Origin: an uncultured Bdellovibrionales bacterium
GTDB taxonomy: Bacteria; Patescibacteriota; Minisyncoccia; Moranbacterales; UBA1568
DNA: 64,000 bases
Direction: 5' to 3'
Assembly: GCA_964594215.1 (NCBI GenBank)
Contig: CAZQLN010000004.1
Coordinates: 862-64,861, forward strand
The position numbers and the translations under genes were made by a program. Below the pieces are notes generated by a model. The model had not been told where the DNA came from. It made no database searches and saw only the letters and a list, made by a program, of their open reading frames with translations. Below are positions 52,255 to 61,555 of the stretch, one piece after another (position 1 is the first letter of the stretch; each line of letters opens with the position of its first letter).

Positions 52255-53193
52255 TTAGAGGATACTCACTCCGCTTAAAGCCATAAACCAGAAACCTAGT
52301 CCAATAAGCATAAGAGCAAAGGCTTTTTGAGCCCAATCCCAGACACTTAGGTGTTCTCCAAAAATATGTGGGAAACGCAGACTTAGTGGGATAGCTAAGA
52401 TAAGAAGAAACACATACTGAGTACCGTTTAGAGCCTGCACGAAAGAAACTGATCCCAGATGAGTAGCGTAAAGAATAAGAAAGCTAGCAATACCCGCACA
52501 AGACTTATTGATAACAAACAGAAGTAATGTGAACACATTCTGTTTACTCTTGACCTTATTAGGCTCGTGGTGAACCAGGATCTGATGACGATACATCGGA
52601 ATCAATAAAAGCGAGACGCCGGCTAACACCATACCCAGACGTGACCACACTAATCCGTTAATAAAATCAATCTCTGTGTATCCATACTTGAGAAGGAGGA
52701 GGGAAACCCCTAAGAGAAAACCTGCAATAATAGCTGTAAGCGGTAAACGATCACTTTTTTGAAGAGGGAGATCGTAAGAAATGAGAATCCCTCCAATTAC
52801 CAATAAGACTAAAGCGATAAACACTTGGGTACTAAAGATGATCTCACCAAACACACTTGGGAAAAGTCCTCCAGCGAGTAATACGGTGAGAGAAGTTACC
52901 AAGCCCACTAACGGTGCAATACGTGCCACATTTCCCGCTTTGACGGCGTAGTAAAAAGCTAACAAACCAACAATAAAAAAAACTCCAGAAAGAAGAAAAA
53001 GGACTAGGTAGTAAACCGGAATAATTTGAAGTCCAAAAGGAGCAAAAAAGAGTGAGAAGAGACTGAATAAGGAAACGTAGAAGGCATATACCGCTGGTTT
53101 CGGTATATGTTTCTCAGTTAAAATCACCTTATCTAGAAGTTGAGAAACTGCGTTACAAAAATAGCCTAAAATGGCAAAGGAGATCCATGTCAT
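52255..53193 (-). CDS. EamA/DMT-like membrane protein
   Basis: About 10 hydrophobic helices with two-fold internal organisation. Confidence 0.7.
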   Translation of the reverse strand: MTWISFAILGYFCNAVSQLLDKVILTEKHIPKPAVYAFYVSLFSLFSLFFAPFGLQIIPVYYLVLFLLSGVFFIVGLLAFYYAVKAGNVARIAPLVGLVTSLTVLLAGGLFPSVFGEIIFSTQVFIALVLLVIGGILISYDLPLQKSDRLPLTAIIAGFLLGVSLLLLKYGYTEIDFINGLVWSRLGMVLAGVSLLLIPMYRHQILVHHEPNKVKSKQNVFTLLLFVINKSCAGIASFLILYATHLGSVSFVQALNGTQYVFLLILAIPLSLRFPHIFGEHLSVWDWAQKAFALMLIGLGFWFMALSGVSIL

Positions 53194-53225
53194 AATGATA
53201 CCTCTAGTATAGCCTTTTCAGAAGT

Positions 53226-53251
53226 AAAAAAACAGCCCATTTAGGGCTGTT
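53226..53251 (-). terminator. Intrinsic terminator
   Basis: AACAGCCC/GGGCTGTT stem with a U-tract on the minus strand. Confidence 0.8.
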
Positions 53252-53260
53252 AGTACTCCT

Positions 53261-54052
53261 CTAGCGGAGAGCTATCTGTCTATAGTACTGATCCACGTCA
53301 CTAATCCATTTAGCCACACTCTCTTTGGAATGACTGGCGCAACTATCGCCGCACTTCCACGCAGTTACCAGTCTTGAAGGCTCCGCACTCGCCCGCTTCT
53401 CTACCAAACGCTCAAGACGGTTACCCACAGTCTCCACAGCTTCTTCCCTACTCTCAAAACAGGCGTAGCCCATCGATTCGCCACGACCACCAGCACCTTT
53501 ATACCCCCAGTAGTTATAACAGTCTTCTCCTCCTTTACTTGGAGCATGTTCTCCCCAACTACTTTCTTTCTTGGCAATACCAACGAGCAGGCCAGCAATT
53601 GATTTATCAAAACGAGCAATACTTGGGGCCATATCCTCTAAAGGATATCCTGAAGAAATCTTCTCTATATTCCCTCTCATTTCTAACTCTGAAGCTGATT
53701 CGGTATCCGTACTAAGGATCTCTTCGGTTTTTTTACCACAAAGCCTTTCCTGTTCTTGAAGGGTTTTCTTGCTGGCAGCTTGAATATCTCTTAAGTCTCG
53801 CCTGAAATCACAGATGCTGTCTGATTCTGAAGCAACTGCACTTGATTCCTCTACTGCCACTGGCTTCTCGCTGACCAAAAGAGGGGCTTGATTGGGTAAT
53901 GCAGGAAAAGCACTAAAAAAAGTAAAAGACAGCGCCGTAAATGAAGAAAGCCATTTAGACCCAGATTGCTGTCTTTTGAGTTGTTTTGAAATAATATGCC
54001 CTCCCAGGCGTCGTAGTTGACGACAAAAACTTAAAAAGTTTTTTGAATACAT
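53261..54052 (-). CDS. Secreted lysozyme-like (glucosaminidase-type) protein, paralog A; true start possibly ATT at 53992
   Basis: GIAKKESSWG..CYNYWGY..CF.S..WKCG motif; GGGAGGG at 53999-54005 precedes an in-frame ATT and a signal-like segment. Confidence 0.7.
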   Translation of the reverse strand: MYSKNFLSFCRQLRRLGGHIISKQLKRQQSGSKWLSSFTALSFTFFSAFPALPNQAPLLVSEKPVAVEESSAVASESDSICDFRRDLRDIQAASKKTLQEQERLCGKKTEEILSTDTESASELEMRGNIEKISSGYPLEDMAPSIARFDKSIAGLLVGIAKKESSWGEHAPSKGGEDCYNYWGYKGAGGRGESMGYACFESREEAVETVGNRLERLVEKRASAEPSRLVTAWKCGDSCASHSKESVAKWISDVDQYYRQIALR

Positions 54053-54260
54053 AGATTGGCCACCCTGTTTTCCAGATCAGACTCCTCCCAGATTCTTTGG
54101 ATTTCTGTAAAACCGATACACCCCCTCTCTTTGTTACGCAACATTGAGACGAAAACATACCTCCAGACTGGCGTTAATGAACTGCGTTTTGGGTCGTATT
54201 TAGGGAAATACTCTTCCAGGACGCAAAGGAAACTATAGCAAAATAATCAAAAGAGGTCAA
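53993..54260 (-). promoter_or_regulatory. Promoter and long structured 5' leader
   Basis: TTGACC-17-TATAGT; hairpin TGCGT..ACGCA; GTTCATTAAC; long G-U-rich stem; further hairpins. Confidence 0.6.
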
Positions 54261-54305
54261 TGGCTTAAATAAGCCAAAAATAGAAATTACACCTCTTTAT
54301 AAAGC

Positions 54306-54327
54306 AAAAAGAGGCTTTCGCCTCTTT
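54306..54327 (-). terminator. Intrinsic terminator
   Basis: AAAGAGGC-GAAA-GCCTCTTTTT on the minus strand. Confidence 0.8.
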
Positions 54328-54348
54328 AATTTTTGGCTTATTTTAAGG

Positions 54349-55335
54349 CTATTCAGCAGGAGCTTCTTCCATGAACTCACTATAATACATATCCACATCA
54401 CTAATCCATTTCTTCACACTCTCTCGAGAGTGGCCTTCGCAGCTAAAACCACATTTCCAGACCACCAGTTTCTCTGGGGTATTAAGCTTCTCTGAATGGA
54501 TCAAAGTATCAAGACGCTTCGCCACAGTATCAACCGCATCCTGACGACTATTGAAACAAGTATGCCCTCCGGTTCCCATCATTCGTCGTACCCCACGGTA
54601 GCCCCAATAATTATAACAATCTTGTCCATCGAGGACTGGTACCCGCTTTCCCCAATTACTCTCTTTCTTGGCGATGCCAATAAGGAAGGCCGCTGTAATT
54701 TTATCCTTTTCGAGGATATATGGGAGCATTTCTTCTATTGGATATCCCTTAACCATTTTACGAATGTTATCTTCATACTCTGCCCCCTGAGCCTCAGAAA
54801 AGTACTCAAAAAAAACATCCTGACTCGGATCATACAGAGCATTAGCACTATTTGATTTTTGAACAGCATCAGCAAGTGGTTCCTTCTCGGTAGCAAATAC
54901 TCCTCCACCGAAGTACTGCGCCATCAAGGCCATAGACAGGATGCCAAAGACTACTCCTCCTGTAAGCGATGCATACACCATTCTCTTCGGTTCGAGCTCT
55001 GGTATGAAACGATTGATGAAACGGTTAATGATACGCTTCAGGCGACGTCCGTAGAGCTCTCCCTTACGCACAAACATCCAAAAACTTTCTACTACTGTTT
55101 TCTCTCTCAAACTGTTAAGAAGATTCTTGCGTTCTCGACGAAGACCGTCAAGATTTTTGGTCTCTTGTTGTTTGGTGTACAAAAAAGCCTTCCGACGTTG
55201 TTCTCGTTCAAGAACATACTGTGGAATTGCCCGAGTATCGATCCTTTTTTGTGTTTGAATATCGAGACTGACTTTTTTTGCTGGTGTAAGACTATAGGTC
55301 TCGTAATGAAATGACTCTGGTTTCATGGGGGTCAT
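54349..55335 (-). CDS. Membrane-anchored lysozyme-like protein, paralog B
   Basis: Basic N-domain, TM helix, GIAKKESNWG..CYNYWGY..CFNS..WKCG..KWISDVD. Confidence 0.72.
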   Translation of the reverse strand: MTPMKPESFHYETYSLTPAKKVSLDIQTQKRIDTRAIPQYVLEREQRRKAFLYTKQQETKNLDGLRRERKNLLNSLREKTVVESFWMFVRKGELYGRRLKRIINRFINRFIPELEPKRMVYASLTGGVVFGILSMALMAQYFGGGVFATEKEPLADAVQKSNSANALYDPSQDVFFEYFSEAQGAEYEDNIRKMVKGYPIEEMLPYILEKDKITAAFLIGIAKKESNWGKRVPVLDGQDCYNYWGYRGVRRMMGTGGHTCFNSRQDAVDTVAKRLDTLIHSEKLNTPEKLVVWKCGFSCEGHSRESVKKWISDVDMYYSEFMEEAPAE

Positions 55336-55342
55336 TTTTGAT

Positions 55343-55771
55343 TTATTGGTTGGTTGTCCCTGCTGCTTCTTCTTCGGTTAAAGTAACACCCGCTTTTTCA
55401 GCAAAGAATTTTTTGACATCTGGTTCACCCACAATACATTTGTTTCCTTCGGTATAGATGAATGGTACACCCACTTTGCTTGCGTCTAAACCACAAGCTT
55501 CAGCTTTTTCTTTCATCTGACTGCTATTTGTACGACTATGCCAAACTTCTTTTTTTGTAAAAGTAAACTTGGAAGCAACATCATTAGCCTCAAGAAACTC
55601 ATTAATACGTTTACAATGTGGACACTCCGCTCCAAAAAAATAAATCGTACTGGCATCTGGTACACTAGCCGCTTGGTTTTCAGACTTCCCCTCAATTACC
55701 GCCCAGGCAACGATGCCAGCAATGACAATAAAGGTACCTCCAAGGATAATCCAGATTTTTTTTGATTCCAT
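55343..55771 (-). CDS. Membrane-anchored thioredoxin/glutaredoxin-like protein
   Basis: TM helix, CPHC, GVP cis-Pro motif. Confidence 0.85.
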   Translation of the reverse strand: MESKKIWIILGGTFIVIAGIVAWAVIEGKSENQAASVPDASTIYFFGAECPHCKRINEFLEANDVASKFTFTKKEVWHSRTNSSQMKEKAEACGLDASKVGVPFIYTEGNKCIVGEPDVKKFFAEKAGVTLTEEEAAGTTNQ

Positions 55772-55790
55772 AGTGTATGTTAAGACATGA

Positions 55791-56603
55791 TCAATTGTTC
55801 TTTATCATAGCATATTTTGAGCTCCAAAACCAGATGAAAGTAGTGCCAAAAAACATTATCAAAGAGAGTATCTGTCCCCTCGTAAAAATATTCCACAAAA
55901 TAGCTACTCCTGGATCTGGCTCACGCCAGTATTCCAAAATAAAACGTACTGCACTATAAGAAATCAGGTATACTACCGTAAGAGTCCCTAATTTTAATTC
56001 ACGTTTTTGCCAAAACCCAAGCCAAAATAGCAAAAAAATACCTTCAAAAAAAAGACTGTAGAGAGTCACTGGATGTCGTAAAACTTGATCGCTTGGGAAA
56101 TAAATTCCCCATGAGCTCTCTGTGATACGTCCTGGAAGTTCTTGATTGAGAAAATTGCCCAATCTACCAAATAGAGAAACTACGGGAGCTACTAAAACCA
56201 AGCGATCAGTTAAAGAAAAAAGAGCTATTTTGTGCCGATATGACCAAAAGATGGCCGTCACAGCTACTCCAATGAGTCCTCCGTGAAAACTCATCCCTCG
56301 CAAAGGAAGAAGTGTCTCTGTTGAAAAATCATACGGTAAAAAGAGCATCGCTGGGTGCTGCCAAAAAAAGAGGGGTTCGTAAAACAGTGCAAACCCTAAT
56401 CTTCCACCTACAAAGGCTCCGAACAAAAGCCACCAAAAAAGATCCAGCCAATCTGACGCGCTCAATAACCGTACTCTCTCATTTTTTTTCTCAAGATACA
56501 GAATTCCTAATAGCGCTCCAATCCAGGCCAGTAGAAAACACACCGCGTACCAGTATATTTGAAAAGATCCAACCGTGAGAGCGATTGGATCAAAACACTG
56601 CAT
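55791..56603 (-). CDS. lgt: Prolipoprotein diacylglyceryl transferase
   Basis: IYWYA, GGRLG, GMSFHGG, GRLGNF.NQE..GR, RHP..LY, RFILEY.R. Confidence 0.95.
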   Translation of the reverse strand: MQCFDPIALTVGSFQIYWYAVCFLLAWIGALLGILYLEKKNERVRLLSASDWLDLFWWLLFGAFVGGRLGFALFYEPLFFWQHPAMLFLPYDFSTETLLPLRGMSFHGGLIGVAVTAIFWSYRHKIALFSLTDRLVLVAPVVSLFGRLGNFLNQELPGRITESSWGIYFPSDQVLRHPVTLYSLFFEGIFLLFWLGFWQKRELKLGTLTVVYLISYSAVRFILEYWREPDPGVAILWNIFTRGQILSLIMFFGTTFIWFWSSKYAMIKNN

Positions 56604-56637
56604 GATAAAGTGCCAGCTACACAACATATCAGAAAAA

Positions 56638-57699
56638 TTAACCCTCGTTATACTCCTTCAATTGTTCTTGAAATTCAATTCGGTATATTTCTCCCAACGC
56701 CACAAAAAGTGATACTACTATTGGGCCCATAATAAATCCTGGCAAACCAAAGAAATAAATACCGCCAATGGTAGCAAAGAAAATCATAAGTGGGTGCATC
56801 TGGGTATCCTTACCTACCAACTTCGGCCGTAAAATATTATCAACCGATGAGATGACAAGCGCGCCAAAGGCCAGAATGAAAACTCCTTGCCATACATTCC
56901 CCAAGAGAAGTAAGATCAGTCCGGCTGGAAGCCAAATTACCCCCGTTCCCACCATTGGAATAATTGAGAAAAAAACCATGATAATACCCCAAATAGCTGG
57001 AGAAGGTACCCCAGCAATAGCAAATGATAGACCTCCAAGTAGACCCTGAATCACTCCTATGACCAGGTTACCCTTGAGTGTCGCCCTACTCATAGAAACA
57101 AACTTGTCTATCAACAGTTTGTCATGTTCATTTTTGAGTGGACTGAGATTCATGAGATAGCGCAAGGCCTTTTTGCCGTCAATGAGAAAGTAAAAAAGCG
57201 TAAAGAAAAGAATGAAGATCCACAAGACAAAGCCGGTAATGCTCTGGTAAGCAGTTTGGAAGAAGGTGACCGCATTAGAACTAAAGTTAGAGATATCTGA
57301 AAGCATCTTTTTTTCAGAAAAGGTTTCTTTGTTCACCAGAAAACTTAAGCCCGGAGTGCGCTCAGCTGTTTCAAAAGCGTTATTGAGCATCGCTTGAAGA
57401 TTTCCTTCATTTTCAATATGACCATAAAGACCATTGACCTCATTGATAGCTAACGAAACTACTATGAACAACGGTGTAACTACTACGAAAATAGCTAAAA
57501 GACATGTCAAAAGAGCGCTGGACACCTTATGCCCTCGAAACATCTTCTCGAAAGCATGGTATGGCCGTTTAAGCAGGGTCGTCAAAATAGCCGCTGCCAT
57601 AATAGCGGTAATGAATGGTTTGAAGATAAAGAAAACCGTAATACCCACTCCAAAAAGTAAGAGAAAGAAAAAGGCAACATTGAGTGAGCGAGCTTGCAT
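56638..57699 (-). CDS. AI-2E family transporter
   Basis: FYFLIDG, IPMVGT, VDNILRPKL, GFIMGP. Confidence 0.9.
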   Translation of the reverse strand: MQARSLNVAFFFLLLFGVGITVFFIFKPFITAIMAAAILTTLLKRPYHAFEKMFRGHKVSSALLTCLLAIFVVVTPLFIVVSLAINEVNGLYGHIENEGNLQAMLNNAFETAERTPGLSFLVNKETFSEKKMLSDISNFSSNAVTFFQTAYQSITGFVLWIFILFFTLFYFLIDGKKALRYLMNLSPLKNEHDKLLIDKFVSMSRATLKGNLVIGVIQGLLGGLSFAIAGVPSPAIWGIIMVFFSIIPMVGTGVIWLPAGLILLLLGNVWQGVFILAFGALVISSVDNILRPKLVGKDTQMHPLMIFFATIGGIYFFGLPGFIMGPIVVSLFVALGEIYRIEFQEQLKEYNEG

Positions 57700-57703
57700 A
57701 GTT

Positions 57704-58699
57704 TTATACCTTACTACTTAAGGGCTTACCTCTAGTATACTCTTTTAAAGCCTGTTTTGAAAATACAGAAAATTGGTGTTTCCCCTGAAGGATTTGAGCA
57801 TTAATTAAGAGGGTCTTTCGCTTTTTGATAAGCTGCCTATCATGCGGTGGTCTCACCGCTACTGTGAGCCCATACTCCCTAAGAAACCAATCCTTGATAG
57901 CCCCCCTTGATATATATCCCTGAGGCAAAGCAAATGGCTGATACTTACGCTGATTACTCGAAAAATACCTTTGATGCCTTTCATGAAGTGTGACCATTGC
58001 GCGATCCGCTTCATTCAGAGGGAAGGCTTCTTGTTTTTTGGTTACTTTTATTTCTTGTTTTCCTCCTTCTCTGTAGTAGACACATTGTTTGACCAAAGGA
58101 CAGCTATTACATTTTGGTCTCCCGGTACAGAGACTACTTCCAAAATCCATCAATGCAGCGTTGAGTTTTTTTCGTGATGATCGAAAATGAGTTTCAAAGA
58201 AGTCGCTATCGATAGCTGCATTTTTACTTCCTAGAAAAAAGCGACCGATAACTCGTTTCAGATTGGTGTCCCAAGCAAGAATTTTCTGATTATAGGCAAA
58301 GCTCAGTATGGCCCCTGCTGTATAATCACCGATACCTGGAAGAGCGGTGAGTTCCTTTTTTGTATGAGGGAAAACACCTCCATGCCAAGTGAGTAGTGCC
58401 TGAGCCGTCTTCAGCATATTACGTCCACGGGCATAATAGCCAAGACCTTGGTAATACGGAAGAAACTCCTCCCAACCTACCTCAGCTAGTTTCTCCACGG
58501 TCGGGAATCTCTTTAGAAAGCGTTCATAATAACCAACTACTCGAGAGACCTGAGTTTGCTGGAGCATAATCTCTGAAACCCATACCTCATAAGCAGTGAT
58601 ACCCTTTTTGCGCCAAGGAAGCTCCTCTCGACCTGATTTAATAAAAAAATCAATGAGTTTTTCTTCAAAAAATTGTACCTTCTTCTTTGGTATAGACAT
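57704..58699 (-). CDS. mutY: A/G-specific adenine glycosylase
   Basis: LPWR, VWVSEIMLQQTQV, GLGYYAR, LPGIGDYTA, CTGRPKCNSCPLVKQC Fe-S motif. Confidence 0.93.
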   Translation of the reverse strand: MSIPKKKVQFFEEKLIDFFIKSGREELPWRKKGITAYEVWVSEIMLQQTQVSRVVGYYERFLKRFPTVEKLAEVGWEEFLPYYQGLGYYARGRNMLKTAQALLTWHGGVFPHTKKELTALPGIGDYTAGAILSFAYNQKILAWDTNLKRVIGRFFLGSKNAAIDSDFFETHFRSSRKKLNAALMDFGSSLCTGRPKCNSCPLVKQCVYYREGGKQEIKVTKKQEAFPLNEADRAMVTLHERHQRYFSSNQRKYQPFALPQGYISRGAIKDWFLREYGLTVAVRPPHDRQLIKKRKTLLINAQILQGKHQFSVFSKQALKEYTRGKPLSSKV

Positions 58700-58715
58700 A
58701 TTTTAAGAGTATAAC

Positions 58716-58755
58716 AAAAGGGTGGCTAGTCTGCATATAAGCAAACTGCCACCCC
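58716..58755 (-). terminator. Terminator after the sugar transferase
   Basis: GGGTGGC..GCCACCC stem followed by TTTTG on the minus strand. Confidence 0.7.
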
Positions 58756-59363
58756 TAACGACTTGTTCCTTTCATCATTTTAGCAATCGTTTTGAGTGCA
58801 ATCATGATGTCCAGTCCAACACATCGTTTCTGACGATACATCTCATCTAAAGCAATATATCGGAAGAGCTTATTAAAATGACCCTTCTCCGTAACAATTT
58901 GAGCTAGCCCCGTAATACCCGGAATCAACAGAAAGCGTCTGCCGTAGCGTTTGGGATACAGTTTACTGTATTTCATCGCGAGCCCTGACGTTTGAGGTCG
59001 AGGTCCGACGAATACCATTTCTCCTCGTACAATATTCCAGAGCTGTGGCAACTCATCAAAATGAGTCCTGCGTATGAGTCGTCCAAACGGAGTCACTCGA
59101 GGATCGTTCGCAAGAATATCACCAATCGGCCAAGGCTTATCGTACATGCTTCTAAACTTATAGACGATAAAAGGTCTGCCCCTATACCCTACTCGTTCCT
59201 GTCGAAAGATAATGGGGCCCGGAGAATCAATCCAAACACCTATGCCTATAATGATAAGAATTGGCAAAAGAACAACTAACAGAAAGAGCGCCAGAGAGCG
59301 CTCAAAAACACTCCTCATGACATTTTCTCCTTCTAGAGCCTCTTTTTCAAAGAGACTCTTCAC
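58755..59363 (-). CDS. Bacterial sugar transferase (PglC/WcaJ C-domain phosphoglycosyltransferase)
   Basis: GPIIFRQERVG, YKFRSM, DPRVT, DELPQLWN, VGPRP, PGITGLAQ. Confidence 0.93.
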   Translation of the reverse strand: MKSLFEKEALEGENVMRSVFERSLALFLLVVLLPILIIIGIGVWIDSPGPIIFRQERVGYRGRPFIVYKFRSMYDKPWPIGDILANDPRVTPFGRLIRRTHFDELPQLWNIVRGEMVFVGPRPQTSGLAMKYSKLYPKRYGRRFLLIPGITGLAQIVTEKGHFNKLFRYIALDEMYRQKRCVGLDIMIALKTIAKMMKGTSR

Positions 59364-59391
59364 TATAAAACAAGCCTTCCTTCTTGGTCAA

Positions 59392-60489
59392 CTAATTGAT
59401 TACTCCCCCACCCAAACAATATTCTCCATCATAAAAAACAGCAAACTGCCCAGAGGCAATTCCCTGATCCTTACTGTCCAATTGCACTTTTACCTCATCA
59501 TCGGATAGCCAGTTAAGTCGAGCTTGATATAGTTTTTCTCCATGGCGCACTTTTACTTGAAGATTTGTCTTCTGTGGAACATTCCCACTAATCCAATTCA
59601 AACTACTTACCGTGAATGTGTCTGTTGCCTCATTAGTATAGACATCGCCATGTGCTAGATAAACTTCGTTTTTCTCAGTATCCTTTCCAGTCACATACCA
59701 CGGCCCGCCTGAAAGCCGAATCCCCTTGCGCTGTCCAATCGTGTAGTACCAAAAACCTTCATGCTCTCCCAATATTTTACCCGTTCCCTCTTCTATTAAT
59801 TTGCCAGATTGCACCCCAAGATGGAACTTCACAAAATCATCAAACGGGATTTTTCCCAAGAAACAGATGCCCTGACTGTCTTTTCTCTTCGCATTCGGTA
59901 GCTGAAACTTCTCTGCTAATTTGCGTACCGCTTCTTTAGGATAGCCTCCTATCGGAAACAAAGCTCTAGCTAATTGGCTCTGAGAGAGCTGAGAAAGAAA
60001 GTATGTTTGATCTTTGATTGGATCTGGTGACACCTTGAGCCAGGTCATTCCATCTTTTAACTCTGTTTGAGCATAATGACCGGTAGCGATTCTATCAAAA
60101 TGCTCTCCAGATTTTTCCAAGTACTCATAAAAAGCACCGAACTTCACTCGCTCATTACAAAGCATATCTGGATTAGGAGTTCTACCATTTTTGACCTCAT
60201 CTATAGTGTAGGAGACCACGCGCTCCCAGTATTCTTTCTGAAAGGGTACAATATGAAGCTCTACCTGAAGCTGTGCACAAACAGCTCGCACATACTCAAG
60301 ATCTTCTTCCCATGGACACTCACCTAAGAATTGTAGCTCGTCTTCGAGCCAAATCTTCATATAATAGGCTGTGACGTCATACCCAGCTTCTTTGAGCAAT
60401 GCCAAGGACACCGAGCTATCCACTCCGCCCGATACTAAGACTGCTATTTTGTCCCGCCTTAGCGAGGTTTTCTGCTTTTCTATAGTCAT
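59392..60489 (-). CDS. mnmA: tRNA 2-thiouridylase
   Basis: SGGVDSS, TPNPD.LCN, ATGHY, KDQTYFL, DSQGICF, TIGQRKG. Start moved to MTIEK. Confidence 0.97.
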   Translation of the reverse strand: MTIEKQKTSLRRDKIAVLVSGGVDSSVSLALLKEAGYDVTAYYMKIWLEDELQFLGECPWEEDLEYVRAVCAQLQVELHIVPFQKEYWERVVSYTIDEVKNGRTPNPDMLCNERVKFGAFYEYLEKSGEHFDRIATGHYAQTELKDGMTWLKVSPDPIKDQTYFLSQLSQSQLARALFPIGGYPKEAVRKLAEKFQLPNAKRKDSQGICFLGKIPFDDFVKFHLGVQSGKLIEEGTGKILGEHEGFWYYTIGQRKGIRLSGGPWYVTGKDTEKNEVYLAHGDVYTNEATDTFTVSSLNWISGNVPQKTNLQVKVRHGEKLYQARLNWLSDDEVKVQLDSKDQGIASGQFAVFYDGEYCLGGGVIN

Positions 60490-60499
60490 TTTTCCTTTA

Positions 60500-60619
60500 T
60501 TGACGGGTATTTTTGATAATGCTATCCTAGCGTGAAACCTATTTTTGCTCAACTTTTGAGTAATTTTGGTTCCCTCTTTGACAATTGAAATCAACCAATG
60601 CTCGTGAAAGGAGCTCGAC
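60500..60619 (+). promoter_or_regulatory. pyrD promoter, hairpin, boxA-like motif and SD
   Basis: TTGACG-17-TATCCT; TTGCTCAA/TTGAGTAA hairpin; CTCTTTGACAA (60574-60584); AAGGAG before ATG. Confidence 0.6.
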
Positions 60620-61555
60620 ATGACTATTGCCCTTCCTCAAAACTTTTCCATTGGCAACGCTGCTGGTGTTTGCAAATCCATTGACCTTGTTGATCAACTG
60701 GCTCGAAGTGGGCTTAACGAAATTACTCTGGGCTCTATCACAGTTGAGCAGCGTCCAGTCAACTCCCCTGGCACAGTTCATTTTCGAACTGAGAACGGGG
60801 CGAGTATTAATGCTCTTGGCATGCCTAACCTTGGAATTGCCGCATACACAGATCTCCTCCAGCAAATGGTAGAAATCGCACATACCGCTCACAAACTGTT
60901 AGCGATCAGCATTGCGCCTCTTCAAGCAGACGACCTCGAGAGACTACTCTCCCTATGTGTTAAGGCCGGGGTTGATATTATCGAACTCAACGGTGGTTGT
61001 CCTAATGTTTGGGACGAAGGTCAACAAAAACGTATCCTGTCATTTGATATCAAATATCTCTCTCATTCCCTACAAACGATGCTGGAGAGAAAAAGTGTTG
61101 ACGGCTGGTCGGGAGAACTCCGCGTCAAACTCTCACCTTATAGTGACCCCGGCCTTTTAGCTGAGGTAGCGAAGATGATTGGTTCTATGGGAAGTAAAAA
61201 ATATCGGGTCACTGTAGTGACATGTAATACCTTCCCTAACGCACTGATGTTTGATGACACCGAAACAATCTCCCGAGCACTTACCTTTGGCGATGGCTAC
61301 GGTGGATATTCTGGCCAAGGCTATCTTCCTATTGCTCTTGGCCAAGTACAACAGTTCCGCAAACACTTAGGTGATTATCATAAAATCATCGGCGTAGGCG
61401 GTATAAGTTCAGGGCGTGCTGTTATCGAACATGTCCTTGCTGGAGCCAACGGCGTTCAAATCGGCGCAGCACTCTACTATGCCAACAACCCTGCCAAAGG
61501 GGCAGATAACATCCTGCAAGAGATTGCGGAATTTGTAGAAGGAGTTCAATCATGA
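60620..61555 (+). CDS. pyrD: Dihydroorotate dehydrogenase, family 1 (1A-like)
   Basis: NAAG, SINALGMPNLG, ELNGGCPN catalytic Cys, VKLSP, NTFPN, IIGVGGI. Confidence 0.9.
   Translation: MTIALPQNFSIGNAAGVCKSIDLVDQLARSGLNEITLGSITVEQRPVNSPGTVHFRTENGASINALGMPNLGIAAYTDLLQQMVEIAHTAHKLLAISIAPLQADDLERLLSLCVKAGVDIIELNGGCPNVWDEGQQKRILSFDIKYLSHSLQTMLERKSVDGWSGELRVKLSPYSDPGLLAEVAKMIGSMGSKKYRVTVVTCNTFPNALMFDDTETISRALTFGDGYGGYSGQGYLPIALGQVQQFRKHLGDYHKIIGVGGISSGRAVIEHVLAGANGVQIGAALYYANNPAKGADNILQEIAEFVEGVQS

Noticed and set aside
53955-54158. 67-aa leader ORF, or c-di-AMP riboswitch in the hydrolase leader
   Set aside because: GGAGGT abuts the ATG with no spacing; only GGGGGTGTATC resembles the ydaO motif and its other conserved blocks are missing.
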